This document shows, in pieces, positions 38,352 through 51,960 of a stretch of DNA of 64,000 nucleotides (its first letter is position 1; each line of letters opens with the position of its first letter). The position numbers were made by a program, and so were the translations under genes. Source of the stretch: Raja brachyura (taxonomy: Eukaryota). The notes under the pieces are model-generated. The model saw only the letters and a list, made by a program, of their open reading frames with translations. It had not been told where the DNA came from and ran no database searches. The DNA lies in the NCBI GenBank assembly GCA_963514005.1, contig OY740811.1:25792001-25856000 (forward strand), given 5' to 3'.

Positions 38352-39367
38352 TCACTTAGCCTGAAGGCAATGTGGCTAAATGTTTGCAGTTGAATTGCTT
38401 TTGAATAACCAACAAATTAAGCTGCTTGTTAAATACAGCTCCGCTAGATTGTGAGAATGTTGATGTTTAAGCTGAGAATGGTAGGATATGCCAGTACTAC
38501 ATAAGTTGGTTGCTTGGGTAAGTACAATATGGTGTAAGTCACTGAGGAAATGTGTCCTATCATGCTCAACACTTCCAGGAATGGAGGGAATTGCAACGTA
38601 CGGCGACTGGTTATTGTGCACACATTGCACTGACTGCATTAGTTAGGACAACCAAGGATTCAGGAAAAATAGATGGGAAGAATGCAGTTGGACCAGGGCG
38701 TTGACAAAGCTGAACGACCCCTGAGCTGAATTGCCTTTTCTTACTGCCAGGTTCTTAGAAATGTTTTAATGAAATTAGTCTGCACTGTGCTGGCGTTAGA
38801 TAAATCTATGATTGTTTTGCTCATTATTTCAATAATGACATAAAAGGATGCACATCTTTATAAGCAGAGTAGTATTGAGTGTAAATAGCATGCAGCTGCT
38901 CTGTAACACATACCTTTGCCAGACTTATGTCACATGTAATCAGGCTCTATTTCTCTATATCTCACCGCAATTCCACAGGCCTAAATATGAAACATTATCT
39001 TAACAAGCGCATGACTTAGATAGCATTCCTGCTCTGTAGACCGTAGGTTTTCAAACTGGAGTGCTCCCACATGAAGAGATCGACAAAGTGACAATGTTGT
39101 GTCTCTGCTGTCTCTAGGATCTCTCTCGGTTTCTGTATTTATTAATTTAATTAATCACAAGTACAAAAATAATCTCAAGTACAAACAAAAACATTGTTCA
39201 GTTGGATGTGGGTCAATGCTTTTGAAAGAATCTTGCATAGCTATATATTAGTGCAGGGGTCTGGGAGTGTGAAAATAGTTCTTCCCCAGTTGCTTCTCTT
39301 AGTAAATTGTTGCTTCCCAGGGAAGCAGCCAATTTTTTTGGTCAGTATTTTAAAAATGCTTCAGTCT

Positions 39368-39458
39368 TTACAGAGGATCCTCCAGCTTGTCAATAATATA
39401 GGGGCGCCCGAAGGACACATCATTATTGTGATGCAGATCTCCGAGACGGTGGCTATCC
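39368..39458 (-). CDS. Candidate alternative terminal exon of CAMTA1 (RDSHRLGDLHHNNDVSFGRPYIIDKLEDPL*)
   Basis: Acceptor ctcactgtttcattcccag|G, 30 open codons in phase with the 75-bp exon, and downstream UGUA x2, ATTAAA (39146-39151) and AATAAA (39138-39143). No homology support recognised. Confidence 0.4.
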
Positions 39459-41614
39459 CTGGGAATGAAACAGTGAGGAACTCCAGAGTAACGTTTGAAA
39501 ACCGCTGGTCTGCACAAACGAGGCTCACTCTTGGACTGAGTCCGTCCACAACATACATGTTACAGAAATAAAGATTTCTTAGAAAAAATACAACAACCGG
39601 AAATGTATCGGTTTGCAGCATCAACCAAATAAGTACAAGCAGAGTGACAGAATGACAGTACAGTTTTGAGATGGAAAGTTGTAATAGATTATTACCTCCC
39701 TCCGCGTATGTAAGGGTTCAGCTCTAAGACTCCAGCAAATGTGGTTTTCTTTTCTCCCAGTGCGCTGTGGATAGCCATAGTAAAGTGTTTTAGAGGAACC
39801 GGTTGTTTTGGTTTGATTGTTTTTTTTTTGTGTCCGATGTCATATTGGGTATTGATAAAGGATAATTTGCCTTTCTACTTTCTTCCTGAAATGCTGAATT
39901 ACTTGCATTATCTCATGCTTAGTCTCACATTAGGCTGAGACTGGACACAAAGAATTGACACTCGGATGGCGTTAGTTCCTCATGAGTCAGAACTGGAAGC
40001 TGAGCTGACTGGGATCAATGGTGCAAGGATCACCTTTGGTTGATGTGAACAATCTACAGTGCTTCACAGCTCTGAATCCGTGTGGAATCTATATTTTCCC
40101 GACTCATTCTGGGATTGAAAGCTCCTCGCTATATCTATAATTGCTGAAATTGAGCCAATAATAATGTGCTTGGATGAATCTCTTTGCCTCCTGTCTTAGC
40201 AAAGGCACAAACGCATTGGATTAGTACCTTTATTAAAATAGTGGCAGGGATATATCTGAAGAGTTTGTTACTTTGGTATAGTACTTCATTCGTCACATGT
40301 ACCGAGGTACAGTGAAACTCATTTTTGTGTTCAGATCAGTACAAGAATCAACAAAGGTACCAACATCACATTAGGCTAACAACATTTATATATGTGTTTT
40401 TTGTCATTTAAATAGAGATTAATTCCGAAATTTGAAAATGTCTGCATTATTTTCATTTGTGTCATAACACTCTAAGGAAAGAATATGACTTTCAGCTCAC
40501 CAATCTGGAAAAATAAAACCCAGGATCCACACAGTCCTTTGAAATAATTGTTTGTTTTAACCATCCAGAACATCGGCTATTCTTAGATTCAAAGGTTTGT
40601 TTTCCTGACTCTGAATTTTTTATTTAAGGAATTTTTCTTTGGATTTCCACGTGGGTGACGCTTGCGAATACACGTCAGAGCGCAGCAAAGGAGTGGACAG
40701 GCCTACTGAAGCTTAATGCAATGTTAATAGTTCATGATCAGCTAACCTAAGCACCAATAGCCCACCAGTCACAGAAATCCCTTCCAAATGATCTGTCCTG
40801 GTGAATCCACCAATACAAACCAATTCAACTAAAGCATAGATAGGATATTGAAGGTTGTTTTACATTTCTGCGTCAAAACTCCTCTCTTTCTTTGAATGGA
40901 GGAATCAGTGTCTTTATATAACACGGTTTAACACCCACATTTTATTTGCAGTGTAAGAAATTTGATTTGAATGCATCAATCGCAGCAATTTCCAGGCTAC
41001 AGGCAAATAAAGCACATTTAGCGGGATATGGCCCATTAATGGTAAATTCTATCCTAAGATTCAGTTTTCATTTGGAGACTGAGTCCAAGGTACTACATTT
41101 GAAACTTAATTTTCCAACATTGTAGCCTAGTTTCAACCCAACCTTTCAATGAGGGGCACCCAAAACAGTTGCTCCACAAACAGAGTTTTCATCACCCCAG
41201 ATGTGAATAGTAATCTACCGATCTCTGTAATATCCAACAGTAACTCACGTCAAGATTTTTACCTTCCTCTCTGGGTTCATTTTCATCCACTACCACTTTA
41301 AAGAAGCTGGCAGCTGGCCCTGTCTATCTGCACTCTTGCAGGTTCCAATCGGGGCGCTATCAGTGTGAAGAGAAACCGCATCAGCAGATGTCAGCTGCAG
41401 CTTTAACTTGGCTGCGTGGTTCAGATTTCCATCTTAACCCAGCAGAATCTCAGCCTTGTTTGTGCGCTCTCGTCCCACATGGGACTCTGTTGAAAGCTCA
41501 GGGTCCACTAAGTCTGAAGTGCAAAGTATCTGTTATCCCACATGTAAACCCACAATGAATATGGTCCCAGATTAAATAATCTCGTCCATGAATAGTCAAA
41601 AACATAATTTATGA

Positions 41615-41762
41615 GCTATAGATTGGCACATGGATATGTAGGGAATGGAGGTACATGGACCGTGTGCAGACAGAGGAAATTAGTATATCTTGGCATTATG
41701 TTGGGCATCAACATTGTGGGCCAAAAGGCCTGTTCCCGTGCTGTGCGTTTCTATGTTCCATG
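41615..41762 (+). mobile_element. CR1-type LINE 3' tail
   Basis: gcacatggatatgtagggaatggagg...gtgggccaaaaggcctgttcccgtgctgt...ctatgttccatg. Confidence 0.7.
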
Positions 41763-42974
41763 TTTGACTGGGTGACGAGTTGGCGATCTACTGGCAGTTT
41801 AATGCCTCCATCTCCAGTAACTAGATTTCACTGCCATCACTCTACCAGCGGCTTCTTCCTCCTTTACCTTCATTCCAAATTGTATTCTGTCAATAGTGTT
41901 GATTTATGGCTGACGTACACTGAAGAGAAGTGGCTATTCAGCTATGGAAGCCAGCACAGCTGAATCCAATTCTATCCTCATCCTCATACAGTCAGTTAAT
42001 TTTGCTCACCATTACAAGAAGTACAAGAAGATGCAACACTACATGAAGCGCCGTTATCACATATTGTAATTGTGCAGGAATTTGGGGGTAATGTGGGGGA
42101 AGAAGATTAAAAATGACTGGACAAAGGCGACAAGTAAATGGGGAATAAAAGGATCTCAAGAGGTATTGAGCATATTGAGTATTGACAACAAAAGGATAAT
42201 TTCTTGTCGTTTTACTTTGTAGTAAGATGTGAAAATCTGGGTGGAGTTTCATAACAATAAGAAAAATCTCACATTTTAACCCCTAAAAACTTCCCGATGT
42301 TCATGGTGGGTGAGGTGGAGAACTTTGGGAGAAGGTGGATGGGTGGATTGCAGTGGATGCAAGTAATCGAAGCAACTGAAAAAAAAGTGACGCAAGATGC
42401 AAGCAAAGCTGAGAATAAGGAGGCTATTGTTAAGGAGGTTTTCTGGTGAGGAGAAATGAAATGAGCTCGTCCTCCATTAAACAACCTTAGGCGATAAAAC
42501 ATACCTCGCTTTTTAGGAAAACTTGGTTCTTTCTTGCCAAGAAAGAATCAATTCAGAATGTCAACACATTGTTTTCCAGTTATAACTGAACAGTGTGTTC
42601 TTCTCCTTTGCCGAACCGCTCCTTTGGGAATCAAGATGTGATATTGGCCACACAAAGCACAGCTGAGCTGGAGGATCACAAATTATGCAGAAGCATATTG
42701 CAAATATGTTTTGGAGGTCAATGGTTCAACTTGGAGAGTTGCATTCTTGTTGGAAGATAGTAGAAATGTTATGTGTAAGAAGGAACTGGTTTACACTGAA
42801 GATAGACACGAAAAGCTGGAGTAACTCAGCGGGACAGGCAGCATCTCTGTCGAGAAGGAATGGTTGATCTCTCAACCCGAAATGTCACCTATCCCTTCTC
42901 TCCAGAGATGCTGCCCATCCCGCTGAGTTACTCCAGCTTTTTGTGTCTACCTACTAGGAATGTTATGCTGTGGG

Positions 42975-43580
42975 AAGCAAAAGAGGAAATTGCCCTGGTT
43001 GAGATATATGAACATCATTGGACTCGTGTGAGGTACTGGAACACTGGAGGTTGGCTAATGTTGAGTCCCTATTTAAGAAAGGCTGCAAGGAAAAGCCTGG
43101 GAACCATAGACTGGTGAGCGTAACATCATTGGTAGGCAAATTACCGGAGAGGATTCAGAGGGATAAGATGTATATGATTTGGATAGACGGGGGCTGATTG
43201 GGGATAGTCAGCATGATTTTGTATGTGGGAGATTGAGTCTTGCGAATCTGATTGAGTTTTTTGAAAAGGTTATCAAACAGATTGATGAGGGCAAAGCCTT
43301 AGACGCAGTCTATATGGACTTCAGCAAGGCATTTGATTAGGTTCCGCATGGTAGGCTGCTCTGGAACGTTAAACCCCATGGGATCCAGGGAGAGCTAGCA
43401 GACTGGATAGAGAATTGGCTTCATGGAAGGAAGCAGAGGATGATGGTGGAAGGTTGTTTTTTGGACTGGAGACCTATGTCTAGTGGTGCGCCTCAATCAG
43501 AGCTGGACTCACTGGTGTTTGTGGTTTACATCAATGATTTGGATGAGAATGTACAAGGCATGATTAGTAAGTTTGCAGTT
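42975..43580 (+). mobile_element. CR1 LINE reverse-transcriptase fragment
   Basis: WRLANVESLFKKGCKEKPGNHRLVS...SQHDFV...DAVYMDFSKAFD...INDLDENVQGMISKFA. Confidence 0.92.
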
Positions 43581-44673
43581 TCAAAATTCACTTGCTGCAC
43601 TAACAGCCAAGTCTTCTGAGTAGGCCAGGAATCTGTGTTTAAAGCTAAAATATCCTGAAGCTGTTTTTAATACGGTCCTCAATGACTGATTTAGAAAAGT
43701 AAGCTCCCTTTTTGATCTTACATTGCGTGACGTGCACACATAAGACACAGTCCTTCTGGGGGGAGGGCGAGAAGGAAGGAGAACTTAAGATGGCCTTTAA
43801 TACAAGGAAACATTGCCCTTTAAGAACAAGATATCTTTAGCTGTCAGGCAGGAAATCACTAAGCAAGGATTTATGTATAGGAAGGAACTAAAAAAGGATC
43901 TTGACCCAAAATGTCACCTATTCCTTTTCTACAGAGATGGTCAGAATAAGGGTCTCGACCCGAAACGTCCTTAGCTCCATAGATGCTGCCTCACCCACTG
44001 AGTTTCTCCAGCATTTTTGTCTACCTTTGGTGTCTGACCTGCTGAGTTACTCCAGCTTTTTAGTGTCTAAGCAAGGAATTACCCTCGACATACACGGAGA
44101 GTTTGTAATTGGTGAAGAATAATTGCTCTATTGCGATAGATTATAATGTGCAAAGTTGCTGATTAAAACTGAAGGGATGAAATTGATTTTTAACAAGAGC
44201 ACAAACATGAGTCAGCAAAGAACAATGAAGCAAAACCTTTTCTCAAATCACTATCACCCACTTGTTTCATCCACATGATGTCATGAGCCAGATGAAATTT
44301 ATAAAGTCATACTGGGGACGGCAGACAGGATTAATCTGGTAGAATTTAAGTGACTAAAAAGACAGCTGCTTCATCTAACACTGGCCTCGAGCAACTGATT
44401 AAGTTCGTTTGTTGCAAATTAAATCAGCTGGATAGACAATGATAATATTTTTGAGCAGTGGAGTCTTTAAGGCTTGAAATCACTCCTTGTGATATTAGCT
44501 TATGCAACAAATTTGAACTGGATTTATTTGCCCATTATTTTATCACAGCTATTTAATCAAAGTTAATTGTTGTGATGAAACGGTGCATCGAGTCCATCGT
44601 CTTTTTACGAGCTCTTTGGTGGAATTAAACTTTTCTTATTGCCCATTCCCTTACTAAAGCCCTGAGTCTTTAA

Positions 44674-45029
44674 GGGGCCTGTCCCACTGTACGAGGTAAT
44701 TCAAGAGTTCTCCCGAATTTTCCCGATTCGAACTCGGAGAATGTCCGTAGAGGGTCCGTAGGAGTTCGTGGATGTCTCGTAGCGGTTCGTACGAGTAACG
44801 GTAGGAACTCGGGAAATTCGGTAAACTCGTGACTTTTTTTTCAACACTGTGAAAAATGTCCACGAGTAAAAAAATACTCGCGATGAAAAAAAATGGTTAT
44901 TTTTTACTCGTACGAGCCGCTACGAGACATCAACGATCTCCTACGGATCGCTACGGACATTCTCCAAGTTCGAATCAAGGGAAAACTCGGGAGAACTCTT
45001 GAATTACCTCGTACAGTGGGACAGACCCT
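44674..45029. mobile_element. Harbinger-like MITE 3 (long inverted arms)
   Basis: GGGGCCTGTCCCACTGTACGAGGTAATTCAAGAGTTCTCCCG ... CGGGAGAACTCTTGAATTACCTCGTACAGTGGGACAGACCCT, flanks TAA/TTA. Confidence 0.85.
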
Positions 45030-48000
45030 TTATCCTGCACCAAGTTGTGGCCAATTTTCCCTTCCAAAATGCACCATTAAATTCAAAGAGTTTGTTCGTT
45101 AGAGACCTTATTTTGAGACTCGACTCAACTCCTCAAGAGCCTGGAAATTCCTCTAAGATTGTAACATTGCACCAACCATCAATTCATTCAGAAAAAAAAA
45201 ATGTTTGCCACTTAACAACTGAGTTGACCCATTTAAAGCAAACAGTTAAAGGCTCTGTTAAAGTAGTAAAGGGAACTAATAAATTACCCATTCATTGCCT
45301 GGCAGAAACAATAGATTTTATTGACGCTTAGCTGATTTCAGTCATTGCATATGTGTTGGCAATTAATAATAGTGTCTTGTTGTCAGGGTCTTAGTGTACT
45401 AACTTGTCAGAATAGAATTTACCTTCCAAGTTTGAGAATCATTTATTTTGAAAATGCAAGAAAAACGGGCAAAAAATGCAAGTTGTAGCAAGAAGGTACG
45501 AGACCGACTCTACGGGATTTTACTGCTGCTCAACAGCATACGTCAGGTGGCAGAAGTTTACCTTCCATGTGTGGTTTGCATATTCAGACAATAATCTAAG
45601 TTAGGATTCAGTCTTTCCAATGTATCGCTACATATTGCGGGATTAAAAACAGGCAAGGGGCTCAAGTATTGGTGGACAGACCCAAGCATCTGCACACAAA
45701 TTCCCAGCAGAAGTTCCTGACACACCAAAGATCCATGTTTTGGTGCAAATTGTCCCTTTCATGTTTAAATTTAGAGCAGTGCATAATGATTTCTCTTCAC
45801 TGACGGTGACAGTCACAACTCATCATGTTAAAATATTCTCCCCGAGTGAGATGGTACACAGTTCCCCACTGTTGTGCTGCCATTTTTGTTCCAAATCAAC
45901 TTAAAACCCTGCTATTTCCACACTCTGCAGTAGGAAACATTTCCACTGGTATGCATCATGAGCTGTGACAACTTGCTAGTTCACACTGAACAGAATTATG
46001 AGACCCAGTAACCCCTGGTGATGTTGATACTGCCTGAGCTAAACATGTATGAGGGTATTAGCTTTCTGTCATTCTTGCCTCCAAATATTTGGTTCCTTTG
46101 AGTTAAATGGTTCTACAAAAGTGAATGCAGCTTGGCTGTTAACACTCCAGTACATAATTGGCACTGGCAATCAAAGACAGATTTCTCCACAAATGATGAG
46201 TCTGGCTCAGAGCACAACTTGTTGATTCGTTTCAAATTCATAAGCCCCAGGCTCGATATCTCAGCATGTTCAGGCTCAGATGCCATTAAGTTCAGAAGGG
46301 TTGAAGTATTCAGTGTGTTCTAATGGCATCGTGTGTTCAGAGAATAACTTATGCAGGATATTGCCACACACTGGACACAGCCAACTCCTCCCCAATATGA
46401 CCCAGGACTTGACAGCAACTACTGTCCCCCCCCACCCCAACGTGCATTCAATACACATCATAGCTGCAGGCACTTAAAAATATCAGTGTCGAGATGCAAC
46501 AAGACCGAAAATCCAGAACACCAGCCCAGCTCATACATAACATAACACAATCATATATTTCTGGAGATCACACTCTATTGATAGTAAATCAATAGAAATA
46601 GTGTTGGCCCATTAATATTTCTCAGCAGTATCATTTAATCACAACTTATGTGACCCAAATTAGACTATGAACTACTTTGATATTGTGTTCTTAGAGCAAT
46701 CTTTCAATCACTTGTTTAAAGCTGCAATCTATTATAGAAAAGAAATGGTGCATGTAGAAATCTACCAATAAACGTATTCAAGAGGCAGTTTTTAAGCGTT
46801 CAGTGTTAATGCCCTTGCAGCATGATATGAGCAGAGTTAATGAACTAGGATGGAATCTCAATGAGCTGTTCTGACGTGATATTTCTCACAGGTAGCGTGG
46901 ACCCAGAACGTGGACTGCTATTGTTGTGTCAAGTTTATTGCTCGTGGCCTTGTGATGAACAGGCCCAAATGGACACTTTGTGAATTCAAGGCAATCCTCT
47001 CCTGCTTTGGAGAGGATGGGGGGGGGGGGGGGGGGGGGCAAACTATGGGTTCCATGTCTGTAGGTTATAGGAGCATGGAGACATTGAGGGAGTTTAGGAA
47101 AGGTGGAGTGAGAGATGGGGGTGACAAATCTGAGGAACGGTAATTTTAATTTAATTCTTGTTTGCAGGAAGCCAGCAGACAACATAGCCCCCATCCCACT
47201 GGATTCAGCTGAAATTATCTGGTTGATTTTAACCAAATGAGTTAGAAGGTTCAAAGGGGTTTTATGGAGGACATTGGAGTTTAAAAAAAAAGAACTAAGG
47301 GGAATATTTAGAGAACAAATAATCATGGCAGTATCAAGACAGGAGAGAATGGGATTAAACAAACGTCATCTGGAGAAGGCTACTGCACCAGAGCATTGAA
47401 TGTGGTCATGATGCGTCATATTCATGCTGATATAGAAGGACAAAGTACTAGTACTGACTGGTTAATATGCAACAAAATATCTTTTCACTGTACCTCGGTA
47501 CATGTGACAATAGACTAAACTAATGGAAGAGAATGAATGGCATTTTCTAACTGTGTCATTGGGCGAGGTGGACAAGAGGGGAGCTCTTCAGTTGTCTTCA
47601 CAACATGTGGAACAGAGTGAACCATACAGATCGCCAGTCGTACTGTGCACAGTTGCAAAGATGGAGATAACTTAAATCTGCCTCACTGTTAAAGACCAGT
47701 GCTCAACTTCTTTATCTGGTTAAGTGATTCTAAATGATTACAGGAGCGAACAATTATTGCTGAGGCAGTTAACAGTAAGTTGGCAACTCTTTGGAAAAAT
47801 ATTGGATCATTGTGGTGGATTGGCGAGTGGTGTCCAATTTTGCCTGAATATTCTCCTATGCCTTGGGCCATCTTGCTACATTGAAGGTGCTATAGAAATG
47901 AATGGTATTGTTGTGCTATGAAATCATGAATCCTTCTAATATGGTGAACAGAGACTCTGTGCAATACAGTACCAGAGCATTTCTCTCCATGGGAGACAGA

Positions 48001-48569
48001 AGGGGTTATTCTGGACACTTTGTAGAATGGTCAACGACCCTGCTTGGAGGATCCAGCAGGAAATTAATGTAAATCAGCGTGGGGCCAGCCACTGCGGTTG
48101 CTCTTGAAGTGCTGTGAGGTGCGCAATTAGCAAACCAAACTCAAAAATAAGCTACGTCGAGGGGTGGGTTGAAACAAAACGGTGATTCTGTTGAAAGTGA
48201 TAAGACAGAAACATTCCTTTTTTTTAGCAAATTGCCAAGGTAAAAACCAATACTTTTCTATAATATAATGCAGCTTTAAAAACTACCAACAATTCTGATT
48301 TTAGCCTGTAACATCAGCCATTTGCATGCATGCAGTCATTCCATACTTGGTAACTCATGGGTCTGCTAAGGCAGGAAACCTCACAGTGGCTGTGGCCCTT
48401 TGTGGGCTGGCTCATGGGAGACAATACCAAGGTCTCAGGGAGGTTCAGTAAAAGCAAGCCTTCCTAATATGAACAGTACCGCTGGTGCTAACTCATTAGT
48501 TCCAAGGCTCAGGCTCCTAACATCAATAATGGGGCACATAGTACAGACCATCACAATGGAAGACGTAAC

Positions 48570-49890
48570 TAGACGTTGCAAATATTAATGGGATTTGGCA
48601 AAGCCAACATGGATTTCTGAAAGGGTAATTGTGTTTGACAAATCTAGTGGAGTTTTTTTTTGAGGATGTAACTGGTGGAATGAATAAGGGAAAACCAATA
48701 GACGTGGTGTATATGGATTTTCAGAAACCCTTTGTAAAGCCGCACTTGAAAGGATAATGTGGAACATTAAAGCAAGTTTTGGTAGCAATGTATTGCCACA
48801 AATTGAAAATTGAGTAACAGACAGGAAAGAGGAAGGTGGAGAAAGGTGTTAGGTGGTGTGGCAATAACTAGTTGGTGAAGAACTCAATGGGAGCAGAGTT
48901 TGGGGATAGAGCTATCTTATAGTATGTTATAGTTTGACTGTGGATGATCAGCCATGATCCTAATGCATGGCAGTGCCAAATGGCCTTCTCCTGCACATGT
49001 TGTCTATTGTCTCCTGATGATACAGGAGGCAATTTGTCCCATTCGGCCCACAGGTGATCTGGGATCTCAGAGCAATCCCATCAGTTCACTTCCCCCAATT
49101 ATTCTCCAGTGAAATTCTCTCCCATTTATCCATTAGCTCTCTCCAATTCTCCCACTACTTATCTATCACTGAGGGCAACTTACAATGGCCAATTAAACGA
49201 CAATTATATATGTTTGAGATGTGGGAGGAAATCAGATCAACCAGGGGCTCTCTGGCAGAGCATACAAACTCCACAAAGACAGCATCCAAAGTCACGATGG
49301 AACCTGGATCACTAGGGCCGTGAGGAGTGGTGCCACTGTGTCACCTGTAACCCATATCAGTGACTTGAGCGAGGGAATCAAATGTAATATTTCAAAGTAT
49401 GCTGAATGGCACCACACTAAGTCAAACTATGAATTGTATGGTGGACACAACAAGGCCTTAAGGCGACTTAGATTGAGCAAATTCATGGAATTAATTGTCA
49501 CAGAAGGCTATGGAGGCCAATTCAATGGATATTTTTAAGGCAGAGATAGATAGATTTTGGATTTTGAAACATACAAAATTCTGAAAGGGCTGGACAGACT
49601 GGGTGTGGTATCTCGAACGGGAAAGAGTCCCAGATTTCAGAGGAACAGATTTCAGACTGCGATAGGGAGACATGTCTTACAGAGTATGGTGAGCCTGGAA
49701 TTCTCTACTGCAGATAGTTGCAGAGGTCAAGTTATTGAATAATTTTAAGAAGGAGAGAGTTAACGGTGTCAAGATGTACAAGGAGAGTGTGGGAATGTGG
49801 TACTGAGTGGTAACTGTATTGAACAGTTGAGTAGTCTCAAAGGGCTAAATGTCTACTTCTGTTCACACTTTCTGCATTTCTATGTGGCGT
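48570..49890 (+). mobile_element. Fragmented CR1 LINE (RT and 3' end) with a nested degenerate SINE at ~49040-49342
   Basis: SQHGFLKG*LCLTNLVEFF...DVVYMDFQK, ISDLSEGIKCNISKYA, and ETYKILKGLDRL. Confidence 0.8.
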
Positions 49891-51929
49891 AGGCACTATT
49901 TCCTGCATCGTTTTGGGAATAATGTGATATTTCTGCCTCATTTACAAGGAGCACTGGATGTCTGATGCCGATTCTGGTGCCAGGTCTTCCATCACCTGTA
50001 ACCACTGACATCCAATGAAAATTAAATCACGAAACTCTGGCAAACCCCACTAAATCCCCGACAGGTGGTTCTGAATTTAGAAATTGTTCGCAACTTGTCA
50101 GATTTTTAAAAATTATTACCAAAAAAGCAGGTGATTTATTTATTTATAAGTGGGCTTCAGTGCAGTCAAGGATTTGAGTGGATATTCAGTGACAATAAAG
50201 GACAAAAAATGCTGCTTCCTTTAAAATGAATTGCTGCCAGACAATACTAAAAAAACAAATCTGAATTCCACTTGACAAAGATGCATCTCCCTGTGCAATG
50301 TTGCCCCCTCCACCAGCTAAACGCAGGCAAGGAGATCCAAAAACAAAGTGACACACGTGGTCAATGGGGAGGGAGAGGCTCTTGTTGGCAGGGGCATCCA
50401 GACTTTAGTCTGAGAATGAGGAAAATGCTCCCAGTCACCAATGCATAAGTGGAAACTGGCAAGAGAGGGGCAGAGGTGTTGGTCGGGGTTGGAGTCATTG
50501 GTCAGCTTCCTGTCGCTGCAACCCTGAAATCAAACCAGTGTGCAAATGGACTCGAGGTTCCTCTGTTGGCTCTGATAAGTTACTACTCTGCTCTGGCCTT
50601 TCTTGCTCTATTTCCTAATGGCCAGAGCCCGACATAACATTCACATTCCCATCCTGCAGCTTCATGCTGGCAATCAGTGCGGGAAATGGTAGAATCACAC
50701 TGGCATAGGAAGGACAAAACCCCAGTGCTGGCGGGGTGTGGGAGGCAGATAGAGGGACTCTGCATAGAGGGACTCTGCAACTAGCCCATGTTATTTTTCC
50801 AAACTGTGAATTTTTGCTGCTGATTCAGGAGCACAAATCCCATAGAAAGTTTGTTTACAAAAGCTGGCTTTACTGGCTTGGCCTTATAACATATTACAAA
50901 GGAGGATCAGGCAGCTTAACGTGTGTTTTCTGAGGCTGCGAGAGAGATTTGAACAATCTCTTTTGAATGGTGTAAAATAAAAGGCAGGTCAGGTGAACCT
51001 GTCCACTGTTTACTTCATGCAGTTGATAGCAGACACTGTCCAGCTGAATTATTTCTGGAAGAAACTGGTTAAAATATGGCTGTGTCAGAATGACACCAGG
51101 TCTTATAGCAAACAATGTGGTGCGACTTAATTTTGCCTTCCACAGCCTGCATGAGAATGGGATAAAGAGGTGGGGAGGGTTGGAATGTTATTGTGAACTG
51201 AGATGTACTGAAGGTCACAGACTTAATTTGGTCTTCAGATGGTTTAAGGCCACATTCCAACGTGGCCAGTGGAACATCGGGTGCCCAGCAAGACACGTGG
51301 GTCTCCGCCAATATCCAGTCTGCTTCAATAATACTTCATGGACGATGCACGAGGATCACAGTCACCAACATCAGAGCAAGGAGGTACACACCTGGAGGTA
51401 TTCTTCATTAGTATGGTGTCGGGTTATGGAGAGAAGGCAGGAGAATGGGGTTAGGAGGGAGTTATAGATCAGCCATGATTGAATGTTGGAGTAGACTAGA
51501 TGGGCTGAATGGCCTAGTTCTGCTCCTATCACATTATGAGCACTTCCATTTGGCTGGTTTCGCTTGACTTTTTCTTTCCTTAGAACCTCGGTGTCAATTC
51601 CCATGAGCCAACTGAGTTCCGACTTATACATATTTATCGGATAATTCCTGGATGCGTTTCGAACCATCCAGCATTCCACAATTCATCGCAAGTGTCATTC
51701 TGGTTCATGCATTACAAAATAACTGCTGAAATCATTTACCATATATATAACTATATATATGTCGATAAAATAAAAATTGTATCTTTAAGAAGCAGATTTG
51801 TTAGTATCGTGTTGAGTGTTAGTTTATTTGTAGGCGACAAACGGGAGAATTGGCAGGTTAGGCTGCAGCCCCATGCAAGCAGGCACCAAGCAGAATAGAG
51901 AGAAGTGGCCAGCAGAAGGCTACACTCAC

Positions 51930-51960
51930 CCTTTTGTACAGTCTACGGTCCACCAGGGGG
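51930..51960 (-). CDS. CAMTA1: CAMTA1 31-nt alternative, frame-switching exon (SPLVDRRLYKR)
   Basis: ctaag|CCCCCTGGTGGACCGTAGACTGTACAAAAGG|gtgagt. Human counterpart recalled as SPLVDHRLYKR. Confidence 0.93.

Noticed and set aside
46886-47362. 158-aa minus-strand ORF
   Set aside because: No domain or splice support, and it spans a poly-G run; a chance ORF in intron.
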